Shown one piece after another: positions 28,407 through 38,656 of a stretch of DNA of 64,000 nt. The stretch comes from an uncultured Candidatus Saccharibacteria bacterium (lineage in GTDB: Bacteria > Patescibacteriota > Dojkabacteria > J137): the NCBI GenBank assembly GCA_965230975.1, contig OZ246402.1, positions 1,056,859 to 1,120,858 on the forward strand. The letters run 5' to 3'. The number at the start of each line of letters is the position of its first letter. Position 1 is the first letter of the stretch. The position numbers and the translations under genes are program-made. Under the pieces are notes generated by a model. That model saw nothing but the letters and a program-made list of their open reading frames with translations. It was not told the DNA's origin and made no database searches.

Positions 28407-28961
28407 CTACTGAAAACTAATATTTGCACCTTCAAATTGTATTATTTGCTTTTTTCTTTCTTTTCCACCTCCGTAATTGCCTAATTTGCCATTGGAATTT
28501 ATTACGCGGTGACAAGGCACTACATAGGCGATTGGGTTGTGCCCAATCGCCGTGCCAACAGCGCGAAGGGCATTAGAATTTATTGATTCTGCAATCTTTT
28601 TATAGGTAGATAGCTGGCCTAAAGGAATTCTTAATAAAGATTTCCAAACTTGAATTTGAAATTGTGTACCCTTAAATAAAACCTTTATTTGAGAATCAAG
28701 GTTATTAAAGATTATGTCAAAATACTTTTTTGTAAGTGATTCATCTTCTTTTATTAAAGATTTGTTCCAAAATTTTGATAGTTCATTTATTGAAGTTTGT
28801 TTGTCTTTTAAAACAAAATTTAAATAGCAAATAGAATTGTGTGTAATACCAATAATAATTTCCCCAAATGGGGTAGAGTGAAAGCCATAAAAAACAGTAG
28901 ATACATTATGTAGTTTTTTGTACTCAGATGGGCTAATTGTTTCAACTAAAATTTTATTCAC
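28407..28961 (-). CDS. ogt: methylated-DNA-protein-cysteine methyltransferase
   Basis: Active-site PCHRVINSNGKLGNYGGG (PCHRV motif) and the upstream HTH (LGQLSTYKKIAESINSNALRAVGTAIGHNPIA). Confidence 0.75.
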   Translation of the reverse strand: MNKILVETISPSEYKKLHNVSTVFYGFHSTPFGEIIIGITHNSICYLNFVLKDKQTSINELSKFWNKSLIKEDESLTKKYFDIIFNNLDSQIKVLFKGTQFQIQVWKSLLRIPLGQLSTYKKIAESINSNALRAVGTAIGHNPIAYVVPCHRVINSNGKLGNYGGGKERKKQIIQFEGANISFQ

Positions 28962-29033
28962 GATTTTAGATTAGCATGGGTGTACCAATTGATGCATAAA
29001 TTTGAATTTATATTATATAATCTTGCCCAAATG

Positions 29034-30137
29034 AATAATGGACCTACTATTCCCAACTACAAATTATCAGAAAAAGAAGATGCCTGTTTTAGAAATGAGA
29101 GATATTGGGTAGAAGCATTAGCAGCAATTCTTAAAGATATTGATTCTATGCCCAAACCGATAGCTCCTATTAAAATAAATATTCTTTTTAATAAACAAAG
29201 TACCCCTGTTTATGCTCCTTTCAAATCTCCCAATTTTATGGATGAAGGCTATGGAGAAACAACGGGGCTTGTTTTAGTAGAAGGGCAAGCTTTTGTAATT
29301 AATCTTAGAGGAAATATACTTAGAAGATCCAGTTTGAGTTTAGGAATAATAAATTTAATTTCTAATTATTGCCCGATTCCAGAACTTAGGGATTTTGGTA
29401 TTACACAAAAAGATTTGAGCCTTGAAAAAATCGATAATTTAGACATGGAATTATTTTATGAGGGTAAAGCTACAATAAATGACCAATATCGACAATATGA
29501 AAGTATAAGATACCTTTTGCAAATTTTAGAAATTGATAAACAAACAAAGCTTCAAATAATCTACACTTGGGCTCGAAGTATTATCTTTGATGATAAACTA
29601 TTTGAATCCTTTACAAGAGATTTGAAGCATTGCCTTTTCGAACTTCCAGAAGTTAAACTTGTTATTTTAAAAGCTATACTGGATAACAATTCTAAAGTAT
29701 CCGAAGATATGATTAACTCAGTTTTAAGAAGTAGTGCAGATTATAGCGAGGCTGATGTTGCAAGTTTAATAAGCTTAATTATAGACCCTAGAAATGCCAC
29801 ACTTATTGATATAAATGAGTTAAATGTCATTAGTTTAATAGAATTAGCCATAGAAATTAATAGAGGTGACTTATTGCTAGAAATTTGTGGATACGACTTT
29901 CCATATAAAAATACCTTTTCTTATATAAGTATAAACGCCTTATTTGCAGAGCCTTTTAAGTTGCCATACTTAAAATTACTGGTTTCTATTATCACTTCAA
30001 ATAAATTTGCCCATGCCCATCTTATTAATACTTTGCATACTAGTATTATTTATAAATGGCTGGTTTACTTTGGTGTGAAAGATGTTTACCTATCTAAAAT
30101 TGCACAACTTTACCCTATAGCAAAATCGCCGTTTTAG
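29034..30137 (+). CDS. hypothetical protein, distant paralogue of the 41125-42201 product
   Basis: Shares RNERYWVEAL / NETYWVEAL, DMELFYEGKATINDQYRQYES / DWDLYFDGRASISNRFLQYKS, and a similar helical C-terminal half. Start placed at ATG (MNNGPT) by analogy with the paralogue; the ORF track begins at GTG 28980. Confidence 0.4.
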   Translation, partial: NNGPTIPNYKLSEKEDACFRNERYWVEALAAILKDIDSMPKPIAPIKINILFNKQSTPVYAPFKSPNFMDEGYGETTGLVLVEGQAFVINLRGNILRRSSLSLGIINLISNYCPIPELRDFGITQKDLSLEKIDNLDMELFYEGKATINDQYRQYESIRYLLQILEIDKQTKLQIIYTWARSIIFDDKLFESFTRDLKHCLFELPEVKLVILKAILDNNSKVSEDMINSVLRSSADYSEADVASLISLIIDPRNATLIDINELNVISLIELAIEINRGDLLLEICGYDFPYKNTFSYISINALFAEPFKLPYLKLLVSIITSNKFAHAHLINTLHTSIIYKWLVYFGVKDVYLSKIAQLYPIAKSPF

Positions 30138-30365
30138 TGGTACAATAGCAACCAATTGTTCACCCCAAAAACCATTTAAAAACTTTTTGAAAGTTTTCCC
30201 CTGTTTCAAGGGTTATTTTTGGGCCTTGTTGCTAAGTAATTGGTAATTATTTTACTTATTATCTTTTTAATATGCACAAACCAAATAATCTCTTTATTCT
30301 TACTAATAGTTGAACTAGAATAGCGATACTATTTTTTATAATTCTTAATTATTTTTTTTATAACT

Positions 30366-32180
30366 ATGCCCGAATCTAAAGAAAAAAAGAAAGAAGCGAA
30401 AAATACTTTTAAAAACTTGATATGGGTTTTAAAGCTAAACTTTAAATATTTCCCGTTCATGACCATTGCCAGGATTCTTGGCTTTATAAACCAATATGCA
30501 TCTGGATTAATAAACTCATTTATTATGGGGATTTTAATTGATGGAGCAATCAAATATGTTAACCATAGCGCAGATAGTAGCCAAGTGATTTACGGGCTTG
30601 GGATTTATGGCGCATTCTACTTACTAAGAACATCTATTGGAGCAATTAGAAATTATTCAGAAAACTTAGCTTCGCCAAGATTAAACTGGGAAGTTCCAGA
30701 ACTAATGCTTTTAGCTAAAATGGGGGAATTATCAACAGCATCAATTGAAAGTCCAGAGATTCAAAATAAGATTACAAGATACAGAGAGAATAGGTATGCA
30801 TACGGCAACATGACACGGTCATTATTTAATATTATCGGAGTAGTAGTGACCTTTATAATTGCAATTGTTCCCGTAATAAACCTTTACCCAACAATTGCAT
30901 TAGTATTAATTATAGCTGCGATTCCAAGCTTGATACTTAATAAGACTATGATTGATAGATTGTGGAAGATTGATAAAGATACAACAGTATTAAATAGAAG
31001 AGGGTGGAATATGTCATATATGATTTCTAACCCTGCAAGTTTAAAAGAAGTTAAGTTATTAAATGCTTATGAATATTTAAAAAAATATTTTTTGGAATAC
31101 ACTAACACATTCTTTAACATGCGAAAAGGTGTTTACACACAATGGTCTCTTATAGGTATTATTTTTGATTTAATTTATGGGGTTTTAATACTAATAGGAA
31201 TTTATTTTGTTATAGATTCTGCATTAAATGGATTAATATCAATTGGTCAAATCGCTTTCTTTACCGCTGCATTGCTTTCTATAGGTAGTCAATTAGATAC
31301 TTTTGCCATTTATATTGCAGAGTATATGGGAATGAATACAAAAATAAACGAGATGAAGTTCTTACTAGACTACAAAGAAATTGAGCGACCATTTACCAAA
31401 AAAGTCGGTAAGTTAGCAAATCCACCATTAATCAAATTAAATAATATTAGTTTTAAATACCCGAATCAGAAGAAGAGTGTTATCAAGAACTTAAATTTAG
31501 AGATTAAACCAGGGGAGAAGATTGCCATAGTTGGTGAGAATGGAGCCGGAAAAACTACATTAGTAAAATTAATCTCAAATATTTATGCTGTTACAAGTGG
31601 AGAGATTTTAGTAGATAATAGCAATTTAAATGAAATTGAGCCATCAACTTGGTATGAAAATCTGGGAGTATTGTACCAAGATTACAACACATACACCGAT
31701 TTAACTGCAAAGGACAATATTGCCCTTGGTCAGCCAGATGAACCTACAAATATTAAAGCGGTTATAGATGCTGCAAAGAAGGCAGATGCTTATGAATTTA
31801 TTATGGATTACAAAGATAAGTTTGATCAAATTTTAAGCGAAAGATACGAAGGTGGAATTAGACCTTCTACAGGTCAGTGGCAAAAAATTGCTATTGCTAG
31901 GTTCTTTTATAGAAATGCCCCTATTTTGATATTAGACGAACCAACAGCTTCGATCGATGCAGTTGCAGAAGCTAATATTTTTGATCGAATTTACAAGTTT
32001 ATTGAAAATAAAACTGTGATTATTATCTCTCACAGATTTTCTACTGTAAGAAATGCAGATAGAATTATTGTAATGGATAAAGGAGAGATTGTAGAGCAGG
32101 GAACCCATAAAGAGCTTTTGGCATTAAATGGAATGTATGCAAATGCGTATAATACACAAGCAAAAGGGTATAGAGATTAA
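30366..32180 (+). CDS. ABC transporter, fused permease/ATPase (exporter)
   Basis: Six-TM N-terminal domain. Walker A GENGAGKTT. Signature STGQWQKIAIARFF (degenerate LSGGQ). Walker B ILILDEPTAS. H-loop SHRFS. Confidence 0.8.
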   Translation: MPESKEKKKEAKNTFKNLIWVLKLNFKYFPFMTIARILGFINQYASGLINSFIMGILIDGAIKYVNHSADSSQVIYGLGIYGAFYLLRTSIGAIRNYSENLASPRLNWEVPELMLLAKMGELSTASIESPEIQNKITRYRENRYAYGNMTRSLFNIIGVVVTFIIAIVPVINLYPTIALVLIIAAIPSLILNKTMIDRLWKIDKDTTVLNRRGWNMSYMISNPASLKEVKLLNAYEYLKKYFLEYTNTFFNMRKGVYTQWSLIGIIFDLIYGVLILIGIYFVIDSALNGLISIGQIAFFTAALLSIGSQLDTFAIYIAEYMGMNTKINEMKFLLDYKEIERPFTKKVGKLANPPLIKLNNISFKYPNQKKSVIKNLNLEIKPGEKIAIVGENGAGKTTLVKLISNIYAVTSGEILVDNSNLNEIEPSTWYENLGVLYQDYNTYTDLTAKDNIALGQPDEPTNIKAVIDAAKKADAYEFIMDYKDKFDQILSERYEGGIRPSTGQWQKIAIARFFYRNAPILILDEPTASIDAVAEANIFDRIYKFIENKTVIIISHRFSTVRNADRIIVMDKGEIVEQGTHKELLALNGMYANAYNTQAKGYRD

Positions 32181-32212
32181 TAGCTTGTAAAAAGGTTATA
32201 ACAAGGGGAGGC

Positions 32213-33280
32213 TTAAGCCTCCCCTTGGGCTTCATATCCAAATACTTCATTTAAACTTAATCTTAGTTGGTTAACCGCATCAAAATAATCTGGTATAGCT
32301 TGCTCATCTCCTGCAAATTTCCAATCTCCAAGTAATGATTTAACACTCATAAAATAATCTGCAATTAAGTTAATCTCACCTAATACTTTATAATCAGTAA
32401 TATTACCTAAAAGAGCATTATGCAGTCTATTATCTAAGATTTGAATATCTTCTTGTAAGTTGTAGCCTCTTGGATCATTCTTGAAGACTTTATTAAAAAT
32501 TCCAATATACCCATTCTTCCCAATGATATTGCCTAGATGATAGTTTATATATGGGACCTTTAAATTTTGAATACCATCTAAAATTTGCTCCTGTAAATCA
32601 TTAGGAACATCTTTATATACTAAGTATTCTCTTAAGTTTAAGTAGATTACAACCATTCGTAGTCTGAAGTCTGCGTCTTGAACTAGTTCAAGTTGTGATA
32701 AATCCTTTTCATTAACTGGTGATGCTAATAAACCTGGGAATATGTGCATTACATCATATGATCCAGAATATACTAAGTCTGTACCACTCAAAACAGGCCT
32801 ATATTCTTTTAACTCTGCAAGTATGACTTGAACTTCTGAATTTGTAAGTTCAATAGTACTACCGCTAGTTCTTAAAGCCCTCATAAGCTCATTGTACCTA
32901 TACTCAAGTAGGTAGGAGAGTACTGATTCTTCAATTCTGGAAAGTAAGTATTCTTTCCCGAGTAATCTGGTTGCAAGACCTTCATTTTTGAACCTTCGTG
33001 CTTTCCTAAGTTGTTGTTTAGGTATACCTTGTAAAATTTGTATTGCTAACGTTTCTACACAACTATCTAATAATCTATCTTCAACCTCACTTTCAATTGA
33101 ATTTCTTCTATTCCAAATTTCTTCTTTAATTTTTACTATTACTTCTAGTTTTGGTTGTGTAAATAGATAATCAATTAATTTTGGGCTTATGCCTTTGCTT
33201 AGAAAGAAGCTGTAAACTTTGCTTGGCATTCTTTGAGAAGGGACGTAATCTTCTACAACTTCAGGTAACGAAGGTTTCAT
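32213..33280 (-). CDS. hypothetical protein
   Basis: 355-aa ORF; no motifs. Convergent with the ABC transporter gene. Confidence 0.35.
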   Translation of the reverse strand: MKPSLPEVVEDYVPSQRMPSKVYSFFLSKGISPKLIDYLFTQPKLEVIVKIKEEIWNRRNSIESEVEDRLLDSCVETLAIQILQGIPKQQLRKARRFKNEGLATRLLGKEYLLSRIEESVLSYLLEYRYNELMRALRTSGSTIELTNSEVQVILAELKEYRPVLSGTDLVYSGSYDVMHIFPGLLASPVNEKDLSQLELVQDADFRLRMVVIYLNLREYLVYKDVPNDLQEQILDGIQNLKVPYINYHLGNIIGKNGYIGIFNKVFKNDPRGYNLQEDIQILDNRLHNALLGNITDYKVLGEINLIADYFMSVKSLLGDWKFAGDEQAIPDYFDAVNQLRLSLNEVFGYEAQGEA

Positions 33281-33373
33281 ATTTTATTATTAAATTTGTG
33301 GCGATTATAGCATAAGAATTTTCAAGAAAAGGAAACCTGTCGAATTAGAAATGAATGCCGGAAATCCCAAGCC

Positions 33374-33775
33374 TTACTCGCTTGTTTGCCCATCAAATGA
33401 TTCGGTATCGGTTTCAGCTTCTTGCTTAGTGTTATGTACAATTCCATCTTGATGATGTGCTGGTGAATAGAGTGTATACATTTTCAGTGGCTCTGTTGCA
33501 GAAGTATTAATAACATTATGTTGAGACCCTGCTGGTACTATCACAACATCGCCATCGTGCACCTCGTATTCTGAATCATTTATTACTACTTTGCCTTCAC
33601 CGCTTTCAAATCTAAAAAACTGATCTGTATTTTCGTGTGTTTCTACGCCTATATCTTCTTGTGGCATTAAACTCATCATTACTAGTTGAGAATATTGGCC
33701 TGTATATAGAACTGTTCTAAAGGTATTATTCTGATTTACTAATTCTTCAATGTTTACTTTATATCCCTTTTTCAT
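33374..33775 (-). CDS. cupin-domain protein
   Basis: GVETHENTDQFFRFESGEGKVVINDSEYEVHDGDVVIVPAGSQHNVIN matches the cupin two-motif pattern G(X)5HXH...G(X)5PXG(X)2H. Confidence 0.55.
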   Translation of the reverse strand: MKKGYKVNIEELVNQNNTFRTVLYTGQYSQLVMMSLMPQEDIGVETHENTDQFFRFESGEGKVVINDSEYEVHDGDVVIVPAGSQHNVINTSATEPLKMYTLYSPAHHQDGIVHNTKQEAETDTESFDGQTSE

Positions 33776-33878
33776 ATGAGCATGTTAAGAAGTATACTTC
33801 AGTTTACTCCTTTTAAGTGAATACGATCAAGGGACCTTCAAATGGAAATAAAATAAGGCAAGTTACCAAGAAAATTAC

Positions 33879-34766
33879 TTAATTAAAGGTTTGACTTAAC
33901 AATTCTGATGCAGGGTAAAAAATAGAGTAAACATCAATATCTAACTTCCCATTTTCAACGTAAGCTTTTCGTCTTTCGTTTCTTGTAGCAAAATCAAATT
34001 GAGGGTCTACCTTACTGGCTTTGTGATCAAAGAATCTATGGCCAACTAACTTATCTTCTCTTAAAAAAGTGAATGTTGCATATGGTTTTCCATCATCTGC
34101 AATTTCGTAAAGTTTTGGATTATAAACCCAAGAGCCTTCGCTTACGATTCCAACACATTCAGGGTTACTTTTTACAATTTGCCGAATCTTTCTCATTGCA
34201 TCTTCATAATAAGCTCTATCCCAATGTTCAAATGGAGTAGTGATTCCATATTGTTTAAGTGCTAATCTTTCCTTATTCGAAATTACATGCCTATGTACAA
34301 CGCTATTTCCAATAACAACGCCGTATTCTTTTTTTAGAAGTTCTAAGTATTTAAACGAATATTTATCATTAAGGATTGTTAACTCTAGTGCCAACCCGGA
34401 ATTTAATAAGAGCCACTTTCTGGTGCAGTATTTTATTAGCCAGTTCTTATCTACAAAAAGTTCAACAATCTTTTCTTGTGCTAATTCTAAAGAATTGATG
34501 TTTTTAATTTCTAGAATCTCTTGGGTTAAAGCGTTCAAAAGAATATCTCTGTTTTTATTTACTTCGATAGGTATTGTATATTTTGCATATTCAAATGGGG
34601 TATTAATAAAATATTCTAGTCGCTTTAATAACCTACTAACAAAGAACTTGGAAAAACCATTTCTATAAATATAGTCTTCCAAAACATATTGTGCATTACG
34701 TCCGTATCTGGAATTTATTACAGAGTCTATCAGGTCTAAATTTGAATCAAACTGCTTATGGAACAT
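33879..34766 (-). CDS. hypothetical protein
   Basis: 295-aa ORF; no motifs. Confidence 0.35.
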   Translation of the reverse strand: MFHKQFDSNLDLIDSVINSRYGRNAQYVLEDYIYRNGFSKFFVSRLLKRLEYFINTPFEYAKYTIPIEVNKNRDILLNALTQEILEIKNINSLELAQEKIVELFVDKNWLIKYCTRKWLLLNSGLALELTILNDKYSFKYLELLKKEYGVVIGNSVVHRHVISNKERLALKQYGITTPFEHWDRAYYEDAMRKIRQIVKSNPECVGIVSEGSWVYNPKLYEIADDGKPYATFTFLREDKLVGHRFFDHKASKVDPQFDFATRNERRKAYVENGKLDIDVYSIFYPASELLSQTFN

Positions 34767-34821
34767 GACTAATTATAATGTAAGAGGGTGGTTTTGATTA
34801 GGGGTAAATGAGTATTATTGG

Positions 34822-34875
34822 CGGAGAGGGTGAGATTCGAACTCACGGTCCCTCGCGGGACGCCCGTTTTCAAGA
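34822..34875 (-). repeat. 54-bp direct repeat: duplicated 3' half of tRNA-Ser (anticodon loop to 3' end, followed by CCA at 34819-34821)
   Basis: cggagagggtgagattcgaactcacggtccctcgcgggacgcccgttttcaaga is identical to 35631-35684. This copy is followed by tgg (CCA on the minus strand), while the intact gene downstream is not. Confidence 0.85.
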
Positions 34876-34969
34876 GATACTTTCATTTGAAACTATCAAA
34901 GAAGAATACTACTTACCAAACTCTAAGTTATTTTTTATAATAATTTTAATTAGATATTAAATTGTTATC

Positions 34970-35614
34970 ATGTTTTTTGGAACAGAGCCTGAATGGTTGC
35001 CAACTGATACGCTTTTTGAAAAAGGAAAGAATATTGGGTTAACTGAAAATGAATATAGAAAATGGCAAAATTCTCATGCTAGAGTCCTTGAAGTTGGAAC
35101 TGGTACTAGAGGTTCGGCACTTAAAGAATTATTGGAAGATAAGATTGATTGCATTGGATTAGAACCAGGTATTCTCTATAAAGAAGATGATAATTATAGT
35201 CTTTATGAAACAGATCAATTATTAAAAGATAGGGTTGCTCCATTAAATGCTTGTGACGCTATGGATCATCCAGATATAAAAAAGAATGGTCTTGTAGACT
35301 ATGTTTTTGCTCAATCTGCTAATTTTGCAACATATACAAAATCGAAATTTGACTTGATTAATCAAATTCTTGGATTAATTTTTGCCCTTAAAAGAACTAG
35401 GGATTCTTATTTAACATTTGAAGTAAGAAATGATGATTTAAGATTTAGCTTTCGAGGAAATACTGAAAGATTTAATTTAAAAGAATTTCTTTTAAGAATA
35501 AATGCTAGGTACTATGTTAGAACAACGGTATATGGAACTAAATACTTAGTTATATATAGGATTAAAGATAGTGGAAAAGATATAGTGAGTGATCTAGAGA
35601 AAGCCTTGCATTAA
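34970..35614 (+). CDS. class I SAM-dependent methyltransferase-like protein
   Basis: VLEVGTGTRGSAL is a motif I-type E/DxGxGxG sequence. 214 aa. The sole gene between the tRNA-Ser direct repeats. Confidence 0.4.
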   Translation: MFFGTEPEWLPTDTLFEKGKNIGLTENEYRKWQNSHARVLEVGTGTRGSALKELLEDKIDCIGLEPGILYKEDDNYSLYETDQLLKDRVAPLNACDAMDHPDIKKNGLVDYVFAQSANFATYTKSKFDLINQILGLIFALKRTRDSYLTFEVRNDDLRFSFRGNTERFNLKEFLLRINARYYVRTTVYGTKYLVIYRIKDSGKDIVSDLEKALH

Positions 35615-35630
35615 AAGTAACCCTTTTAAA

Positions 35631-35715
35631 CGGAGAGGGTGAGATTCGAACTCACGGTCCCTCGCGGGACGCCCGTTTTCAAGACGGGTACGTTAGACCA
35701 CTCCGTCACCTCTCC
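35631..35715 (-). tRNA. tRNA-Ser (anticodon UGA), long variable arm, no encoded CCA
   Basis: Reverse complement reads GGAGAGG-UG-ACGG...GGUCUAA...CCCGU-CUUGAAA-ACGGG, a long variable arm CGUCCCGCGAGGGACCG, then GUGAG-UUCGAAU-CUCAC-CCUCUCC-G. Confidence 0.85.
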
Positions 35716-35740
35716 CAAAAGCAAAAGTCTTTGCTTTTGG
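35715..35740. other. perfect 11-bp inverted repeat immediately upstream of tRNA-Ser
   Basis: ccaaaagcaaa-agtc-tttgcttttgg. Confidence 0.5.
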
Positions 35741-35869
35741 TTCGCACACAATCTGTGATTTTGTGCAATCAAAAACATTGACGGCTTAATTTTACTTCAC
35801 TTGCAAGCTCTTGGTAAGCTTTTTGAGACTTGTAATTTTAACGTAAAAAGTGGTTTATGACTAGTAATA

Positions 35870-36661
35870 TTAATCTAAATCTACCTTAGCGTTATTCAGA
35901 AAGTTATACGAACCTAAGTTATCACTTTCTTCATCGAAATCATATTCCACTAATCCTTGTTTTTTAGGTTTGAACTCCCAATATCCACCCTCCTGTTCCA
36001 TCAACAAATCCATTCCATCTTCAAAAGTATTGGCAACAATCACTTCTGTCGCCCTATTAATTTCAACTCCATTAGCTTTTGGTGATGAGAAATTCACATT
36101 GAAAATATTTGCAGGAGAGACAAAGTACCATTTCTCTGGGGTAGATTTAGATTTCAGAATGCCTACTACATGACCACTCATTCCGAAGTGATTAGTATCA
36201 CTGGCGTAAACAGCATAGTAATCAAATTCATTTGGATTATGCTTCTTTACATAATTCATTACTCCGTAAACTGACAAACCACAAAGAAAACTCGTCAGTT
36301 GCCAAAAATAAATAATAGAAGACTGCTGATCTTGAGTAATCCAATCTTTACCCTTAAATTTTTCTCTTGCAAATTCAATGTAATTTTTTAAGTAAGTTAA
36401 TTTTTCAATTAAACCCAGTCTCGTAGCTAGTTGAGATTTCAAAAATTCAAGGTCAATTTCTGGTCTTCTGATTTGATTCTGACCCGTAAAGTCTGCCAAA
36501 ATATTTTCTGGAATCAATCCTTTTCTTCTAGGTCCACGTTTTGAAAGAAAGGTTTCCATATTATCATATGAATAAATCACCGCTTCCCTAACAACCATTA
36601 ATCGAGGGTCTTCCCTTAATGATTCTGGATCTCTTATTGACTTTATTTGTGCGTATGACAT
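35870..36661 (-). CDS. hypothetical protein (possible Cys-His-Asp hydrolase fold)
   Basis: 263 aa. Candidate catalytic residues lie in SFLCGLSVYG ... MSGHVVG. Assignment is weak. Confidence 0.3.
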   Translation of the reverse strand: MSYAQIKSIRDPESLREDPRLMVVREAVIYSYDNMETFLSKRGPRRKGLIPENILADFTGQNQIRRPEIDLEFLKSQLATRLGLIEKLTYLKNYIEFAREKFKGKDWITQDQQSSIIYFWQLTSFLCGLSVYGVMNYVKKHNPNEFDYYAVYASDTNHFGMSGHVVGILKSKSTPEKWYFVSPANIFNVNFSSPKANGVEINRATEVIVANTFEDGMDLLMEQEGGYWEFKPKKQGLVEYDFDEESDNLGSYNFLNNAKVDLD

Positions 36662-36902
36662 ATCCCAATTTTATCAGATTTCATACTCAATACACAGAAT
36701 TAGATTAAAATATGCTATAATCTTGGGTTAGCAAATTTTTTAAAAGCTTCATTCAATAATATTTACAGATTTTGGAGCTTTTCAAATACCAAATAAGGTA
36801 TGCTCCGAAAGCTATGTAAATAAATACATAAAGACTTCCGGTTGTAAGGTTTGCATAATTGTTGGGAATTCCAACTAAATAATTTTTTAAAAGGACGCAC
36901 GC

Positions 36903-38549
36903 ATGTATAACGATAGAAACAATTCTACCAATAGAGGTAGTTCTAGATCTAATAGTCGACCATCTAGCAATAGAGGTTCAAGCTTTAATAGATCAAACGA
37001 TAGAGAATCATTTAATAAATCATCTGACAAAAGAAAATCAGACTTCTTATCTACACCTGTAAAAAGAGAATTTAGCAGCGAAAGAAGATTTGAAGATAGA
37101 AGAGAACCATCAAGAGGTTCTAACTTTAACAGAAGAGAGGATTCTAGACCTTCATTTGAAAGAAGAGAGTCAAAACCATTTTCTGATAGAAGAGAATCAA
37201 GTAGACCAAGCTTTAGTGAAGCTAGAGGTGCAAGAGGAGAGAGAAGCGAAGGAGAAAGATCATCAAATTATCCAAAAAGAGAAGGATCTAGCTTTCACAG
37301 AGAATCATCTAACAGAAGTAGCGAAAGCTCTTTTGGTAATAGAAGAAGTTTTGGTGGAAATAGAAATGGCGGAAGCAGATTTGGGAACAGAGGTGGTGGT
37401 AGGAGAGGTGGTAGAGGTGTTGCAAAACAACTTGATGAATCTTTATTTATTCAAGAAGCAAAGCCGATCGAAACACAAGAACCATACAAACCACAATTCA
37501 GATTTGATGAACTTCCAATTAGCAATGTTTTAATTGAAAACATTAAAAGAAAGGGCTTTTTAGACCCAATGCCTATTCAAGACCAATCAATCCCACACAT
37601 TTTAGATGGAAAGGATATTGTTGGTATTGCAAATACAGGTACTGGTAAAACTGGAGCTTTCTTAATTCCTTTAATCGAAAAAGTAGTTAAAGGCAGACAT
37701 AACAAAGTTTTGATTTTAGCCCCAACAAGAGAACTTGCAGAGCAAATAGAAGAGGAGTTATTCACTTTAACAAAAGAATTAAGAATTTATGGGGTTAAGT
37801 GTATTGGTGGAGACAATATTCAAAAACAAATTTACCAACTAAGACGTGGTTATAATTTTGTTATTGGTACACCAGGTAGAGTAGAAGACTTAATCGAAAG
37901 AAGAATGATTGATTTATCTACTTTTCACACTATTGTTTTAGACGAAGTAGATAGAATGTTGGATATGGGATTTGTAGATGAAATTAAAGAGATTATTTCA
38001 ATGTTACCCGAAGACAAACAATCTTTATTCTTTTCTGCAACTGTAGATAATAAAGTAGAAGCTTTAATGAAAACTATCTTAAAACCAGATTACGTTAAAG
38101 TTTCTGTAAAAACAGGTGTAACTTCTCACAATATTCATCAAAATGTTGTTTACTTTTCTGATTCCGAAGAGAAGATGGAAAAGCTTAAAAAGACATTAAA
38201 CGAATATGCAGATAAGAAAGTTTTAATTTTTGTTAATACCAAAAGAGAGGTAGATAAACTAGACGATCTTTTATACAAAGAGAACTACGAAGTTACCGCT
38301 ATTCACGGAGACAAAAGACAAAACTGGAGAAAGAAATCTATTGAAAGATTTAAGAGTGGTAAATCTAATATCTTAGTTGCAACAGATGTTGCGGCCCGTG
38401 GTTTAGATATTTCTGGAGTAGCATTAGTTTTAAACTTTGATATTCCAAATAATCACGAAGACTATATTCATAGAATTGGTAGAACAGGTAGAGCAAACCA
38501 AATGGGTAACGCTTTGACTTTTATACAAAGAAGAAACAGAGGATACTAA
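36903..38549 (+). CDS. DEAD-box (DEVD variant) ATP-dependent RNA helicase with a ~190-aa N-terminal R/S/E-rich and RGG low-complexity region
   Basis: Q-motif and motif I (GKDIVGIANTGTGKT). Ia (PTRELAEQ). II (LDEVD). III (SAT). VI (HRIGRTGRA). N-terminus is rich in RS, RE and FNR repeats and ends in GGGRRGGRG. Confidence 0.85.
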   Translation: MYNDRNNSTNRGSSRSNSRPSSNRGSSFNRSNDRESFNKSSDKRKSDFLSTPVKREFSSERRFEDRREPSRGSNFNRREDSRPSFERRESKPFSDRRESSRPSFSEARGARGERSEGERSSNYPKREGSSFHRESSNRSSESSFGNRRSFGGNRNGGSRFGNRGGGRRGGRGVAKQLDESLFIQEAKPIETQEPYKPQFRFDELPISNVLIENIKRKGFLDPMPIQDQSIPHILDGKDIVGIANTGTGKTGAFLIPLIEKVVKGRHNKVLILAPTRELAEQIEEELFTLTKELRIYGVKCIGGDNIQKQIYQLRRGYNFVIGTPGRVEDLIERRMIDLSTFHTIVLDEVDRMLDMGFVDEIKEIISMLPEDKQSLFFSATVDNKVEALMKTILKPDYVKVSVKTGVTSHNIHQNVVYFSDSEEKMEKLKKTLNEYADKKVLIFVNTKREVDKLDDLLYKENYEVTAIHGDKRQNWRKKSIERFKSGKSNILVATDVAARGLDISGVALVLNFDIPNNHEDYIHRIGRTGRANQMGNALTFIQRRNRGY

Positions 38550-38571
38550 AACCCTACAAAAGTAAATTCAA

Positions 38572-38597
38572 CCCCCTGACTTGTCGGGGGGTTTTTG
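38572..38597 (+). terminator. rho-independent terminator after the helicase gene
   Basis: ccccctgac-ttg-tcgggggg followed by tttttgt. Confidence 0.75.
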
Positions 38598-38656
38598 TAT
38601 TTGAATTTATAAATTATTTAAATTATTATCTGAATATATAAGTTTAATTTATAAAC

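Noticed and set aside
37090-37533. 147-aa alternative-frame ORF within the helicase N-terminal low-complexity region
   Set aside because: It is an out-of-frame reading of the repetitive R/S/E-rich segment (giving an E/K/Q-rich product). The helicase frame is continuous with conserved motifs downstream.
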